From positions 186,001 to 250,000 of the forward strand of contig NW_024704805.1 of NCBI RefSeq assembly GCF_018977255.1: a stretch of DNA of 64,000 nt. Direction: 5' to 3'. Positions 1-12,260 of this stretch are shown here, in pieces (positions within the stretch are counted from its first letter, which is position 1; the number at the start of each line of letters is the position of its first letter). Origin of the DNA: Callorhinchus milii. Taxonomy: Eukaryota. A model generated the notes under the pieces. The model was not told where the DNA came from and searched no databases. It saw only the letters and a list, made by a program, of their open reading frames with translations. The position numbers and the translations under genes are program-made.

Positions 1-98
1 TGTGTAAGACATTCTCCCTCACCATTAAAACTGTATGGGAATTTACATCTGGCCTTTGTTTCTCATGAATAACGTGGTCTATCTGGCGATAGTTGCAG

Positions 99-432
99 CG
101 AACAGAGTCAGCGTTGAACCATCACAGATGGAAGTGTCTGTTATTGAAGGCCAGACTATCACCCTGAGCAGCAGCTTCTCTGCTGATTTCACCGATGTTT
201 AGATATTCTGGTCCCATCAGTTTCCAGGGAAGTCTCATCTGAGGGAATCTCACACAGTGGCATGATTTTAACGGGGAAACTTTCGGTGCTGAATTTGCAA
301 CACAATGTTTCACTACTAATCTGGATACGAGGAGGGAGAGATCCACTGGAAATGTGCTCCCGGCGTCTCTACCTGACACGGCCACACATTGTGCCATTAC
401 ACACTGTCAGACGACACCACTGTACCTAAACC
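99..432 (+). pseudogene. TCR alpha/delta-type V pseudogene with degenerate RSS
   Basis: After acceptor ttgcag (93-98): NRVSVEPSQMEVSVIEGQTITLSSSFSADFTDV*IFWSHQFPGK...A*F...AEFATQCFTTNLDT...LPDTATHCAI. It has two stops and lacks Cys23. CACACTG (400-406) + 17-nt spacer + ACCTAAACC (424-432). Possible leader donor gtaaga at 4. Confidence 0.8.
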
Positions 433-1049
433 TCCTTATGGGAGAGAAAGGGATTCATCTCAGCACCGACGTTAGTCTTGACAGTTGACCTATTTCACAG
501 ATTATGGCTTTGCTGCTGTATCTCTCGGTGGAAACATGTGACGCATTCCCACCACAAGCAAACAGTTATAGAATGGTTCATGTACTGAAAGAGTGCAAGA
601 AATATTATGAACACTTGCATTTAATACAACGCCTTATCATGTATTCTGGACGCCCCAATGCGATTCACAGAATCTAGTGTAAAGCGAACTGACTGGCAAT
701 TGACTGATTGATACAGTCAATACACAACGCGTTATATCATGCGTCATGCTTTGAGTTGTCCCATTTTCATTGTATCTTTGATCCGTTGTCCACAGATTTC
801 GGGCCATTTTTTTCATTAAAGATTATCTGTGCACTCTTAAGTGATATATTGTGTGGTCATTGATGTTTTGTTGTGAAAGATAATTTAATCGAGCAATGAA
901 TTTCATTCGTATCAATTAACAATTATAATAACGTCCACTAGGTTTCCATATTAATCTGTTGCACCTTCTGAGTCAGTTACTTATTTCGCAGTTTGAAGAT
1001 AATTGGCAAAAGAAGCAGAGGGGTGAAGAACAGACTGTTTTTAAGCAAT

Positions 1050-1300
1050 CGACGTGTTAAGGTTTAGAATGCGCATTGTGAAAGTGTGGTGCCAACAGAT
1101 TCGACAGTAGCTATCAAAACTGAATTGGACTGCAACTTACTGGACTGGACTGTACTGAACTGGAAAAGAAGAATTGCATGGCGTGGGGGAAAGTTTCTCG
1201 AGTGGGACTGAATATTTAGCTCTTTCATTGAGTCGAAACAGTCACAATGGAGCGAATAGCCTCCTTCTGTTCTGCTATAATCGACTATCCTATAGTTCTA
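1050..1300 (+). mobile_element. CR1-type LINE 3' fragment
   Basis: Ends in ...atggagcgaatagcctccttctgttctgctataa, resembling CR1 3' termini. Similar pieces at ~2960-3040 (+) and ~15260-15440 (-). Confidence 0.55.
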
Positions 1301-1468
1301 TGGTTTGAGTCACAAAAGTATAATTGATTGCAAAGTGTTTCTGATCACGAAGACCTTCTGCACTTTACCAATTGGGCGACAGCACACGTTGTGACTGCTG
1401 GGGCTGGAGCCAATCGTCTCAAATATCCTACAAGTAATCAATGGGCATCTGCAGATAGATCTCAGACG

Positions 1469-2283
1469 ATGGAGGGAATTGTGATCTGTGTGATTCTGGC
1501 TGTTTTTCTACCAGGTGATCAAGTAAGGCAAATAGCTAAACTTTAAGGCAATGTTCAAAATAGATTGCATGGCTTTTATTGGTGGAATATTGCAGATCAG
1601 CATACAGAGCGCTCACCTCGCAAGCGACAGATCAGTGTTCGATACCCCTCAGGGCGAAACATTGGGCTTCTTGAATTACTCCACTCGGAAATTTTGCGAA
1701 CCTTTTGTCAGCCCATTGGTGGATCGTTAAATCAGGTGGAATAATTCTTCCAAGAAAAAAATAATAAAGTAGTCATTTAATCTATGCTGTTTGTGGGACA
1801 CTGCTGTGCGCAATTGGTTGCCAGGTAGTTTTTTCACAAAATATACATTCAATTCACTTCACAGTATATTCTGCGATGTATTGTGAAACGTTAGAAGACG
1901 CCAAAATGTGCTATATGAAACGTAAGTTTTTTTTTCCATCTGTTCATTTTTAATTTATTTTACGCTTTTGTTTTAGGTCTGACCCGGGGAGATTCTCTAA
2001 CTCAGTCGAAGGCTTCAGTGACTGAGACAGAAGGAGGGCAAGTGACTTTGGAAAGTAATTATGCTACATCGCTGAGCAGCTATTGTTTAGACTGGTACCG
2101 ACAACTCCCAGAGAATAAACTCGAGTATATCCTGCAGAGTTGTACAGATTCATTCGAACATAAAGCGAGTTTTGCTAAAACTCGTTTCTCGGATGAGCTG
2201 CAGACGTCGAGAAAATCCAACAAATTAACCATCTCCCAGTTAGAGCTGTCTGACGCCGCTGTGTATTACTGTGCATTCAGAGC
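1469..2283 (+). CDS. TCR alpha/delta-type V segment, open frame but Cys23->Ser (leader 1469-1514, V exon 1977-2283)
   Basis: Leader MEGIVICVILAVFLP-G|gt, acceptor ttttag|, then GLTRGDSLTQSKASVTETEGGQVTLESNYATSLSSYCLDWYRQLPENKLEYILQSCTDSFEHKASFAKTRFSDELQTSRKSNKLTISQLELSDAAVYYCAFR. WYRQ and YYC motifs present. Confidence 0.93.
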
Positions 2284-2322
2284 CACGGTGATGGAAACCA
2301 GTCACAGCCTCGTACAATAACT
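2284..2322 (+). other. 23-bp-spacer recombination signal sequence
   Basis: CACGGTG (2284-2290) + 23 nt + ACAATAACT (2314-2322), directly after YYCAFR. Confidence 0.92.
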
Positions 2323-3229
2323 CTCCGAACTTTGTGATGTGGCGCTGAGGCGAGCAGTCTGTTTCCAGGAAGTCTGTCTCACAGGAACCACGTTCAAAAT
2401 AAATCAATCTGTCTACTGAACGTTCACATAATTGTCTGTCACTACAAATACAGCACTTGCTGTGCAGATTGAAGATAATTGGCAACAGCACCAGATGGTA
2501 CATAAGGAGACAATCTTGAAACCAGAGATATTTGACGATTTTGAATTCTCTCTCTGAAAATTTGGTGGAACCAGGTTCCATAACAGCTTTCCAAAGGGAA
2601 ATAGACGGGTACTCACTCAGGAAAACAAAACTAAATACAGGGCTATTGAGAAAGAGTGGAGCAGTGGAATCGATTGCTTAGCTCTTTCACATCATCTTCC
2701 CGGTCAGATCTTAAAGACAAGCCAAAAATAGTAACAGCATTGAATATATTTAAAAATTAAATAATCCTTGGATTTCATACAGTCCTTATCACAACTTAGT
2801 GGTGTCTCAAAGTGCCTCACAGAATACACAGTCAAGCGAATCGACTGTATATTTTCCTGGCGAATTTCGACAGCCAATTACGCACAGCATTGTCCCACAA
2901 AAAAGCAAAGATTAAGTGACCAATTTTTTTATTTTTTTTATTTGAAGGAATTGTTACGCAGCAAAATCTTTGATGGCATAGATCAGAAACGATGGGCCGA
3001 ATGGCCTCCTTCTCTTCTGTTATATTCCACGATCCTGTGGTTCTCTTTTTCCATTCAGATACAAATAATGCATTGGAAATTGGAATGTATTTCTCAACAC
3101 ATGCACGTTTCACACTTTACCTGTTCAACGACGTAAATGACAGCACACGTTACCACTGCCTGGGCTGGAGCTAATCACCTCAAATACCTCACAGGTAATC
3201 AATTGGCATCTGCAGTTAGAACTGAGACG

Positions 3230-3875
3230 ATGGGAGGAATTATGATCCTGTTGGCCCTCGCTGATTTAATGATATTTAATCAAATAAGGCCAATCGCCAA
3301 AGTTTCGGGCAATGTTCAACATTGAGTGCACAGCTTTCATCAGTGGAGTCATGTAGCTCAGTGTTCAGAGCGCAAACACCGCAAGCGAGAGACCCAACTT
3401 GATTCCCTGTAGGGCAAAATATTGAGCAAGTTTCCTCACTCCACCCACAGCATAATGAACCTGATTGTTATTCTATCGACTAAAAAGGCGGTTCTCATTT
3501 CAGGTTCAATAATGCCTTCAAAAACAATTCATGATATATTGATCACGTAATCCATGACTTGTTTGTGAGACACTGGTTTGCGCAATTGGCTGCAGCGTTT
3601 CGAATGCAAAATGTATTCAACTCACTTTACAGTGTATTCTTTGAAGCTCTATGGGATGTCTGGAAGACGTCGTAAGGCGCCGTATAAAATGTCAGTATTA
3701 AATATTGATTAAATCTGTTTTTTACTTTAAACTTTTTTTCCCGGTCTGACCAGTGGAGATTGCATTACCCATACGGTGCCTTCAGTGACCAAGACAGAAG
3801 GGGGACAAGTGGCTTTGGACAGTAACTAATTTACATCGCTGAGTGGCTATTGATTCTTCTGGTACCGACTGAGCA
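3230..3875 (+). pseudogene. Truncated V pseudogene, paralog of the 1469-2283 V
   Basis: Promoter, leader and intron are homologous to 1370-1976. Acceptor is mutated (ccg). Exon from 3744 reads GLTSGDCITHTVPSVTKTEGGQVALDSN*FTSLSGY*FFWYRL, with stops at 3827-3829 and 3851-3853. The 3' half and RSS are missing. Confidence 0.88.
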
Positions 3876-4504
3876 AAGCTGCAAAGGTTACTCCAACCCT
3901 GAAGCCGATTTCGGTCAATCTCGTTTGATTCCCATGAACGAATTGAAAATTTCCGATTTCACATGAATTAAATTCATTTGCACAAACAGCATCTGACAAT
4001 TTCCTCTCTTGCAGTTCAACAGCTGATCTTTCACTTTCAAAGACAAAAAGATCTGCTCCACCTGTGGACAACAGAAATATTGCAGACTGGAGAATGGCTT
4101 CATTATCTGATCGTAATGTTCTCAAAACCCGACATGATAGCAGGGCTGGGAAACTCAAAATTTAACTCTTTATTCCTCAAAGCAACACAAAGTTCTGGAC
4201 AGATAAGGCACAAGAGTGGAACATGTTGCTTTATTTACCACAATTTTGCAAAGATGTATTTCATTCAAGATTGATTTCCGGATTCATAATTAATCAGAAT
4301 ATACTCCAAATATTTCTATTGTGTACACATCTATGGATAAACAATGGAATTTCTATTATCAGCTTTGAAAAAGATTGCTTACTGATTGACGCAAGAGTAG
4401 TACTGAAAGGGAATAAAGTGAATCTGTGTCAGTCTGTCTCAGGAGCTCAGTAGCACTCTCGTTTTTTATTCAGAAATTTCTGGGATGTTGCTTCACATTG
4501 GGAA

Positions 4505-4722
4505 TAGTTAAGTGACATTGGGACATTTAACATCCATCTGAACAGTCAGCCAGATCTGAGTTGAACGATTCATGCAAAGGTCCGCACCTCCAACGATGTA
4601 ACACAGCCCCATCACTGCATTAGAAATCTACTTAAGGCAATGTGATTCCATGTCCCAATATGGGCTTGAACCAACAAACTGCTGACCCAGAGGTGAGATT
4701 GATTCCACTGAGTAAGGCTGGG
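4505..4722 (-). mobile_element. Old Deu-domain (AmnSINE1/SacSINE1-like) SINE remnant
   Basis: Reverse complement has a tRNA-like head (ctcagtgg...ggttcaagccc) followed by ...ttggaggtgcggacctttgcatga...gatggatgttaaatgtcc, resembling the Deu domain as I remember it. Confidence 0.5.
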
Positions 4723-5479
4723 ACATGTCCTCTGGAAATTTCTGTTATCCATCACGTCCAGGATTTTTCTTAGATTCATGATTTCCTTTTAACACATCCC
4801 ATCAGTTAATAATACACAAAGTCTGAACCTATTTACGTGTGACTGACAGACAGGATTTATTTATCCAGTTTTCTCAAACAAAACGTTTGAATCAAGAATC
4901 ATTGAAACAAAGTCAATCTGCATAATAAGGTGTACAGATCCTTTCAACAATGTATTCAAATATGTAATGTATTGTGCTACAATGGTGAGGAATGGTACTA
5001 TATACTTCAGTTGGATTTGCGAATGACTGTGTCAGTGTATCTACTGGAAGCATGAAACTATTGAATGTTTTGGTTGTTGGTAATTTGTAAGACTATTGAT
5101 CTGCATTAATTTCAGTGAGTCTATGAATCTGTATACAAACAGGAACCCGATAATCCACTTTCATGACTGATTAACTCTGCATGAGTATCAAATTGACACA
5201 TGTGTATGTGATACTGTTGTGTGTGTGAAAATGTTTATGAGTTTTTCTCATGTTTGGGGCTATTTATACCTTCAAGAAATGTTCTTATAAAAAATAATAA
5301 TGTGGTCACTCAATCAACAAATGTTTGTGTGATGATGCTATCCGAATTGTGGTGCCACATGTACCCAAAATAATGTGCAATCAATCCGTTTTAAAGTATA
5401 TTCTGTGAAGCACTATGAGATGTCCCGAAGACGTGATAATGCACTGAATCAAACGCAATAATTATTATTAGAATAGCTA

Positions 5480-6440
5480 GATCAGGCCTGTTATACAGTG
5501 ACAACGCCTATGTTACAGAGACCAGGCCTGTTCTACAGAACCAGGCCCTGTGATATGGAGAGATTGCCTGCTAAAAGAGACGCGGCCTTCGAAACACAAA
5601 CAGGCCCGATAAACACAAACCAATCTTGATTTACAGATAACCTGCTCTGCAGAGACGAGACATGTTATACAGAGACTAGGCCTGTTATACAGAGACCAAG
5701 TCTGTTATACAGAGTCCATAGCTGCTGTGCAGAGACCAGGCCTGTTATACATAGACCAGCCCTGTGATGCAGAGACTAGGCATGTTATATAGATGACCAG
5801 GCCTGCTATAGATTAACCATGCCTGGCAGGCAGAAAGCAGGCCTGCTAAACATTGACTCGACATGTGATGCAGATTCTAGGAAAGTTATATATGGAAGAC
5901 GTCTGTTTTACAGGGATGGGACAATTGATACAGAGACCAGATTTGATATGCTGAGGTTAGGCCTGTTGTAGAGTGACCAGGCCTGTTATGCAGAGAACAA
6001 GCCTGTTATACAGAAGCCAGGCCTATTATACTGAAACATGCCTTTTATACAGAGACTAGGCCTGCTAAACCGTGACTAGGCCTGTTATCAGAAACGAGGT
6101 CTGTTATACAGATAACAAGCCTTCTAAAATGTGACCAGTCCTTTAAAAAACTAACCAGGTTTGTTATGCAGAGAACAGAATTTATTTTACAGCAACCAGG
6201 CTGATTATACAGAGACCAAGCCTACTATCAGAGACTAGGCCTTTTACACATGCACCAGGCAAATTATACACAGAACAGAACCAAACACAATACCTGCAGA
6301 TGCCGGAAACTGAAACAGAAACAGAGAGAGCTCCTTTCAGAGATCTGACCTGTTATACAGATACCGGATATGTTACAATGAGCACAGACCTGATATACAG
6401 AGAACTCTCTCTGATTTTGTACATGGAGACCTGACCTGTT
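5480..6440. repeat. Degenerate ~20-bp minisatellite (CCAGGCCTGTTATACAGAGA)n
   Basis: Repeated ccaggcctgttatacagaga variants. A locally duplicated piece lies at ~7150-7350. Confidence 0.9.
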
Positions 6441-6823
6441 TCAGGCATAACCAAAACCAATTGTACAATAGCAATCTCTTTTTGGTAAATATTCATGTGA
6501 ATAAACTGTCAGATATGGTTAACTGCTGACAATCATTCAGTCAGAACAGCAGTTGGAGTTCAACGGTGGAGCTGACGAAGGCAGTTGTGTGTCATTAGTA
6601 TTGTGGAGGTGCACCTCATGTCTGTGAAATATATTGCTCAGTGGGAAATTTTAGATAGTGAAGAGGAAAGGGCCTCGGATGAATTTCTGAAGAGCACCAC
6701 TCGTGTATGTTTGCAATCAGCAGAAGGAGCCATTTCAAATGCCTAAAAAGTACAACTAGAATACGTAAGAGATAAACTAGGATTGGACAGAATCTTGAAG
6801 GTGGAGCAGAGAGCTGCTGCTTC

Positions 6824-7148
6824 TAATAATAATAATCCCTGCATTTGATACAGTGCTTTTCACGTCGGGAGGCCATCCCAAAGCGCTTCACAGAAAACAC
6901 TGTAAAGTGAATTGACTGTATATTTTGTGGGCGAACGCAGCAATCAATTGCGCACAGCAATGTCACACAGACAGTCGTCGATTGAAAATGATCAATTTAT
7001 TATTGTTTTGGGTTTTCGAGGGATTATTATTAGGCTCTGTGTGGAGTAAGGAAACTTGCCCAAGGTTTCGCCCTGACCTGCCTGGAATTGAACTCAGGTC
7101 TCTCGCTTGCAAAGCGAGTGCTCTAACCACTGAGCTACAGGACTCCAC
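6824..7148 (-). mobile_element. Full-length tRNA-derived SINE with (ATT)n tail
   Basis: Reverse complement: gtggagtcctgtagctcagtggttagagcactcgctttgcaagcgagagacctgagttcaattcc (A/B boxes) ... atcaaatgcagggattattatt. Confidence 0.93.
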
Positions 7149-8231
7149 TATGCAGAGAACAGAACATTTTTACAGCAACCAGCATTATTATGCAGAGACC
7201 AGGCCTACTATCAGAGACGAGGCCTTTTACACATGCACCAGGCAAGTTATACAGAGACGAGAACCAAACACAATACCTGCAGATGCTGGAACCTGAAAAG
7301 AAATAGAGATAGAGATAGAGCTGCAATAAGAGGTCAGGCCTTTTATATAGAAGCCTGGAATTGAATCCTTCTGTGGCCAACCGAGATATTGCAGGCTGCA
7401 GAATAGCTTCCGTATCTGATTGTTATGTTCTCAAAAGCCGTCAAGGCAGCAGTGCTGGGGATTGTCTTTCTTTCTGCATTGAATAGCATCATTTAAGATG
7501 GTCACAATATCAGCACAGAGTGCCTCAGAGTGCTGGACGGGATATAATGTGAAGTGTTCTTTTTCCAATCATGTTTTGTGCAGCAATGTACCAAACACAG
7601 CAGTGTTGCAGTGTATTCCGTGAAGCGGTTTCAGATGTCTAGAAGACGTGAAAGACGCTACATCAAATGCCAGGATTACTATTATTATTAACATCACACA
7701 ACATATGCTCAGAGGGCATCTCAAATAAGCATATGTTCGGAACTCAGAAATTCCGACAAAGCAGCTCTTCCCCATCTCTGCAGCTGGGTGACCGTCGAGG
7801 GAATAACAGTTTCCAGTCGTACATATACACCATGTTAAGCCATTCGGACATTATGGCATTTGACCATTTCCAACATTGTGTTTGCACTTCAACCCAAAAT
7901 ATTTTAAATCAGAGGCATAAAGGAGCGTCACTTGCAGAGCCAGGATGAAAGTGTCAATTAATAAAGATATTCACTTTAAATTTGAATGGAACTTATTGCT
8001 GGTATGGACAAATGAAGGCAAACTATTTTTGTCTATTAGTGTAAATCATTTTACAAAGGTCACTTGCAGAGTGGGGAGGCAAATGGTCACTGGGATGTGA
8101 TACCAGAGAGTGGGGGCAGATAGCCTGAAGGCCCAATGGCGTGATGTGCAGTGCAGGGCAGGGGACATTGAAAAGGCGAAGGGAAGAATCGGATCAGTTC
8201 ATAGGGTGTAAGGAGTTTGGGCAGTTTAGCA

Positions 8232-8544
8232 GTGTAGCTCAGTGGTTAGAGCACTCTCTTTGCAAGCGAGAGACCTGAGTTCAATTCCAGGAAGGGCGAT
8301 ACCTTGGGCAAGTTTCCTTACACCACACAGAGCCTAATAATAAACCCTCCAAAACCAAAAACAATAATAAATTGGTCATTTTCAATCAACGACTGTTTGT
8401 GGGACCGTGCTGTGCTCAATTAGCAGCCCCGATCACCCCCAAATATACAGTCAATTCACTTTACAGTGTTTCCTGTGAAGCGCTTTGCGACGTCCTCCAA
8501 TGTGAAAAGCACTATATCAAATGCAAGGATTATTATTATTATTA
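8232..8544 (+). mobile_element. Full-length tRNA-derived SINE
   Basis: tgtagctcagtggttagagcac...gagttcaattcc head, shared body, tgcaaggattattatt tail. Confidence 0.92.
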
Positions 8545-8559
8545 CCAGCTGATCTGTCA

Positions 8560-9767
8560 TATTGAAGTGCGGAAATATCTGCTCCCCTGTGGCCACCCGA
8601 GGTACTGCAGAGAGGAGACAGGCTTTCTTCTCTGATTGTAATGTTGTCAAAAGCCGACAAGATAGCAGGGCTGCGGATCTCTTAAGTTAACTCTTTATTA
8701 CTCGAAGCAAACGAAAGTTCTGGGCAGGTAAAGCACAACAGTACAAACATCGTGCTTTATTTAGGAAATTTTTCTAAAAATTTACAGTATATTCTACATG
8801 ATTTGCAGTATACTCTGTGAAGCACATTGTGATGTCCCGAAGACGTAATCATGTGCTACATCAAATCCAATGAACATTATGATAATAGGTGGACCAGGCC
8901 TGTTTTACAGTGACTTTGATTGTTATTCAGAGACCATTGACTTTCACTTGGAGTTCGAATTCGAGTTATTGTCTGTACGGACAAATGAAGGCAAGAAATA
9001 TTTTGGCGAATAGTGTAAACCAATTGACAACGATCAGGGTAATGTATACAATGATATGGGGGTGAGCATCACTGCTTACTAGTTGTTTTTCGTGTGGTTC
9101 GGTTTAAATGTTAGTACATCCCAGTCTAAAGAGGGAAGATTACAATAAAAAGTCATTTTAATTGTAACTAGTATCGAGGGCCATGTGAGAACAATGTTAA
9201 ACCAAATTAAGCAAATATTATAACCATTTGAATTAGTGTTAATTCGCCACTGACAGGTAGAATAGGCCTAATATGTGTTATCAAATATTTGTTCAGATGT
9301 GTTAGCTCTGGAGGGTAGACATGGGTGGATGTGAACCCGACACACATGTGAGCACGTTGTCGCCTGAGTTTTAAATCTACAAAGCTTTGATCTACAGTGT
9401 TTCAGAGGCCTGTAATTATAGCACAGCAACTCTCGTAAATGTTCTATTTGCGCTACATATTTTGTTCTTTGCTGCTACATTATTTGCATTATTTGACATA
9501 TTTGAAGTTGTAATAATAGTGGATTAAACTCGCTCCAATGTGTTAATTTGGCCGCTGTTTACTTCAACCACGCATCCAGGTCCAGCTGCAAAGCACCAGA
9601 AATGTTGTGGTGTAGACCGTGTCGACAAAAATAATTTCTATCTCTTTCTATGATCTGCCTCTGCAGCTTCCGCTCCAGTAGTCCTCGTCCCGCAAACTCC
9701 TACACCTTCACACCCATCCACCAAAAATGATATCCCCCCAACCCGCCATCCCCGTCTCTTTCTCTCT

Positions 9768-9803
<36 letters not shown>

Positions 9804-10850
9804 CACAGTGGACTTAAAGCAGGTTACAATGTGTTCGGACATCAGACATACATTAATTAGAACGGAATTTATTTCAAGCTCCACATCCAGAACCTTCAGC
9901 AAAGCATCAGAAACTGCAGGGCGCAGCCTGTGCCAAGCCAAAATAAATTTATGTTAACTCTCCTGATAATCTGTCGCTTGAGCTTTCGCAGTCAGTCCCA
10001 CACTTTTTTCTCTATATGTCTCTCTCGCACAAACACACATACACACAAACACACATACTTGTCTCAAGCAGAAAACCAGCAGCAGCTCAGATGTAATCTG
10101 ACAGCAGTTGCAAATGTAACTCTTTCAAACCCAAAAGGCACCACAGAACTTTAGGATTTTATAGCTCAGATTAAATTCATTTGGAATACCTGTGATCAAA
10201 TGATTGTAACATTTGCTCACATGAGTGGGTTCTGGCGGACAGATATGTCGGCTGTGGACGCAACTCAGATGTCCGGGAAATTGGGCCTCTGAGCTTTAAA
10301 TTTCACAGTGATTTGATCTCCAGTGTTTGCGATGCCTGCAGTTATAGCACAGAAACGCTCGGGAAATTTATTTTCTGCTCATAACGTTAGTATTATTAAT
10401 AGTGGATATGGATGAATACCCCCCACCCCCCACCCCGATCTCTTTCTCTCTCACACACACATGCAAACACAGTTGATTTCAAGCAGGAAACACTCAGCCG
10501 GATGAGATGTTATCGGATATCAGTTGCCATAGTCACTCTTTACTTCTCAGAGAGGGATCACTGTGTGTTGAGCGTTTGCAAAACAGAAGGGAGACATTTT
10601 TTGGACGTGTCTTTGAATTTAAAACGTGTTTAGTCCATTTCACCAGCCTTTCCCTGTACCACTGGATATTAGTTCTGCTTCACAAAGGAGAGACAACATT
10701 AAAGTGAGTTTATTTCAGAGAGTGGGAAATGAACTATATAAAATATTAAACTGCATTCTCCCTGAAACAGGCAACCACACAGCAGCAGAGACATTGAAGC
10801 TCAGAGCCTCAGGAGGCCACGGTTACTCAGGGCAGAGCACAGACATTAGG
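8560..10850. repeat. Left arm of old inverted segmental duplication (partner ~39345-42190)
   Basis: Colinear reverse-complement matches, e.g. 9150-9215 vs 41165-41225 and 10580-10810 vs 39400-39620. Confidence 0.85.
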
Positions 10851-11480
10851 GCTCAGAGCATCAGGAGGCCATGGGTACCCAGGGCAGTGCAGAGACATTG
10901 GAGCTCAGAACCTCAGGAGGACACGGGTACCCAGGGCAGGACACAGGTATTGGAGCTCAGAGCCTCAAGAGGCCACGTGTACCAAGGGCAGGGCACAGAC
11001 ATTGGAGCTCAGAGCCTCAGGCGGCCACGAGTACCCAGGGAACAGCACAGACATTGGAGTTCAGAGCCTCACGTGGCCACGAGTACCCAGGGAACAGCAC
11101 AGACATTCGAGTTCAGAGCCTCAGGAGGCCACGGGTACCCAGGGCTGGGCACATAGATTGGAGTTCAGAGCGTCAAGAGGCCACGGGTAACCAGGGCACA
11201 GCACAGACATTGGAGCTCAGAGCCTCAGGAGGGCACGGATACCCAGGGCACAGCACAGACATTAGAGCTCAGAGCCTCAGGAAGTCACGTACCCAGTGCA
11301 CAGCACAGACATTAGAGCTCAGAGCCTCAGGAAGTCACGTACCCAGGGCACAGCACAGATATTGGAGATCAGAGCCTCAGGAGGCCACGGATGCACAGGG
11401 CAGGGCACAGACATTTTGTCTCAGAGCCTCGGGAGGCCACGGATACCCAGTGCAGAACATAGAAATTGGAGCTCAGAAAC
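10790..11480. repeat. 52-bp minisatellite, about 13 copies
   Basis: Unit CACAGACATTGGAGCTCAGAGCCTCAGGAGGCCACGGGTACCCAGGGCACAG. Confidence 0.93.
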
Positions 11481-11509
11481 TGTGGAGTTGAAGGACAATC
11501 AATAACAAA

Positions 11510-11950
11510 AACTTAGATTTGTGTAGCGCCGTTCAAGCCAGACGGCGTCTCAGAGCGCTTCGCAATAAATATTACCGAGGCGGAGCGAGGGTGTGGAGGA
11601 AGGAGGTGAGCAAAGGCGCGGCCCTGAATGTAGGAAGAGAGGTGGGAGGCTGAGGGGTACGAACATGCAGTGCTAGTGGGTGACAAGACGCAGGAGGATG
11701 AGGCTGCCAGGCGGACATATTTATTAAAGTTGAAAAGAAGTCCATGACCTCCTCGCACTTGGCGTTCGATATGAAGATTGTGGAGGCCTGAGGGAGCGAG
11801 CGGAGGAGGTAATGGGTAGTGGAAAAACAGGCCTTTAGAATAGTTTTTTTGTCTCCAGGATGATGTTGGAGAAGAAGGCCGTTTTCGCACGCGTCAAAGA
11901 AAGTCTGTAGCTGTGGAGATGCTCGAGCCACAGTTGGTGGTGACCTGTCA
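11510..11950 (-). mobile_element. Decayed L2-type LINE 3' fragment
   Basis: Purine-rich + strand. Reverse complement ends with the ...gaagcgctctgagacgcc...ggcgctacac tail shared with the other L2 copies here. Confidence 0.5.
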
Positions 11951-11984
11951 GGCCAGTTTTTGCCATCTGCGCTCGAGCAGCCGG

Positions 11985-12260
11985 GATTGGACAACCCAAC
12001 ATCACTGCCCTCTAATCCACATCATTACCCTCTACCCCATATCATTGTCCTCTACTCCACATCACTGCCCTCTAATCCACATCATTACCCTCTACCCCAT
12101 ATCATTGCCCTCTGCTACACATCATTACACTCTACCCCACATCATTACACTATAATCCATATCACTGTCCTCTACCCCACATCTCTACACTCTACCCCAC
12201 ATAACTGCCCTCTAATCCACAGCACTACTCTCTAACCCACATCACTGCCCTCTACCTCAC
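11985..12260. repeat. 20-bp minisatellite (CCCCACATCATTACCCTCTA-like)
   Basis: Direct tandem units visible. Confidence 0.88.

Noticed and set aside
2330-2501. CTCF-like fragments downstream of the 2-kb V RSS (TGATGTGGCGC, GCACCAGATGGTAC)
   Set aside because: Too many mismatches to the consensus to call without a PWM score.
4015-4110. Four-copy element translating as KICxxCGQxxYCRLxxGFxI* (also 7369-7419, 8566-8635, and minus strand 42089-42190)
   Set aside because: A stop lies just upstream in the same frame in both long copies, and substitutions between copies are not enriched at third positions. It is best explained as non-coding duplicated DNA.
10626-11505. Long overlapping repetitive ORFs
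   Set aside because: Products of the 52-bp array. The period is not a multiple of 3, so the same peptide appears in all three frames.
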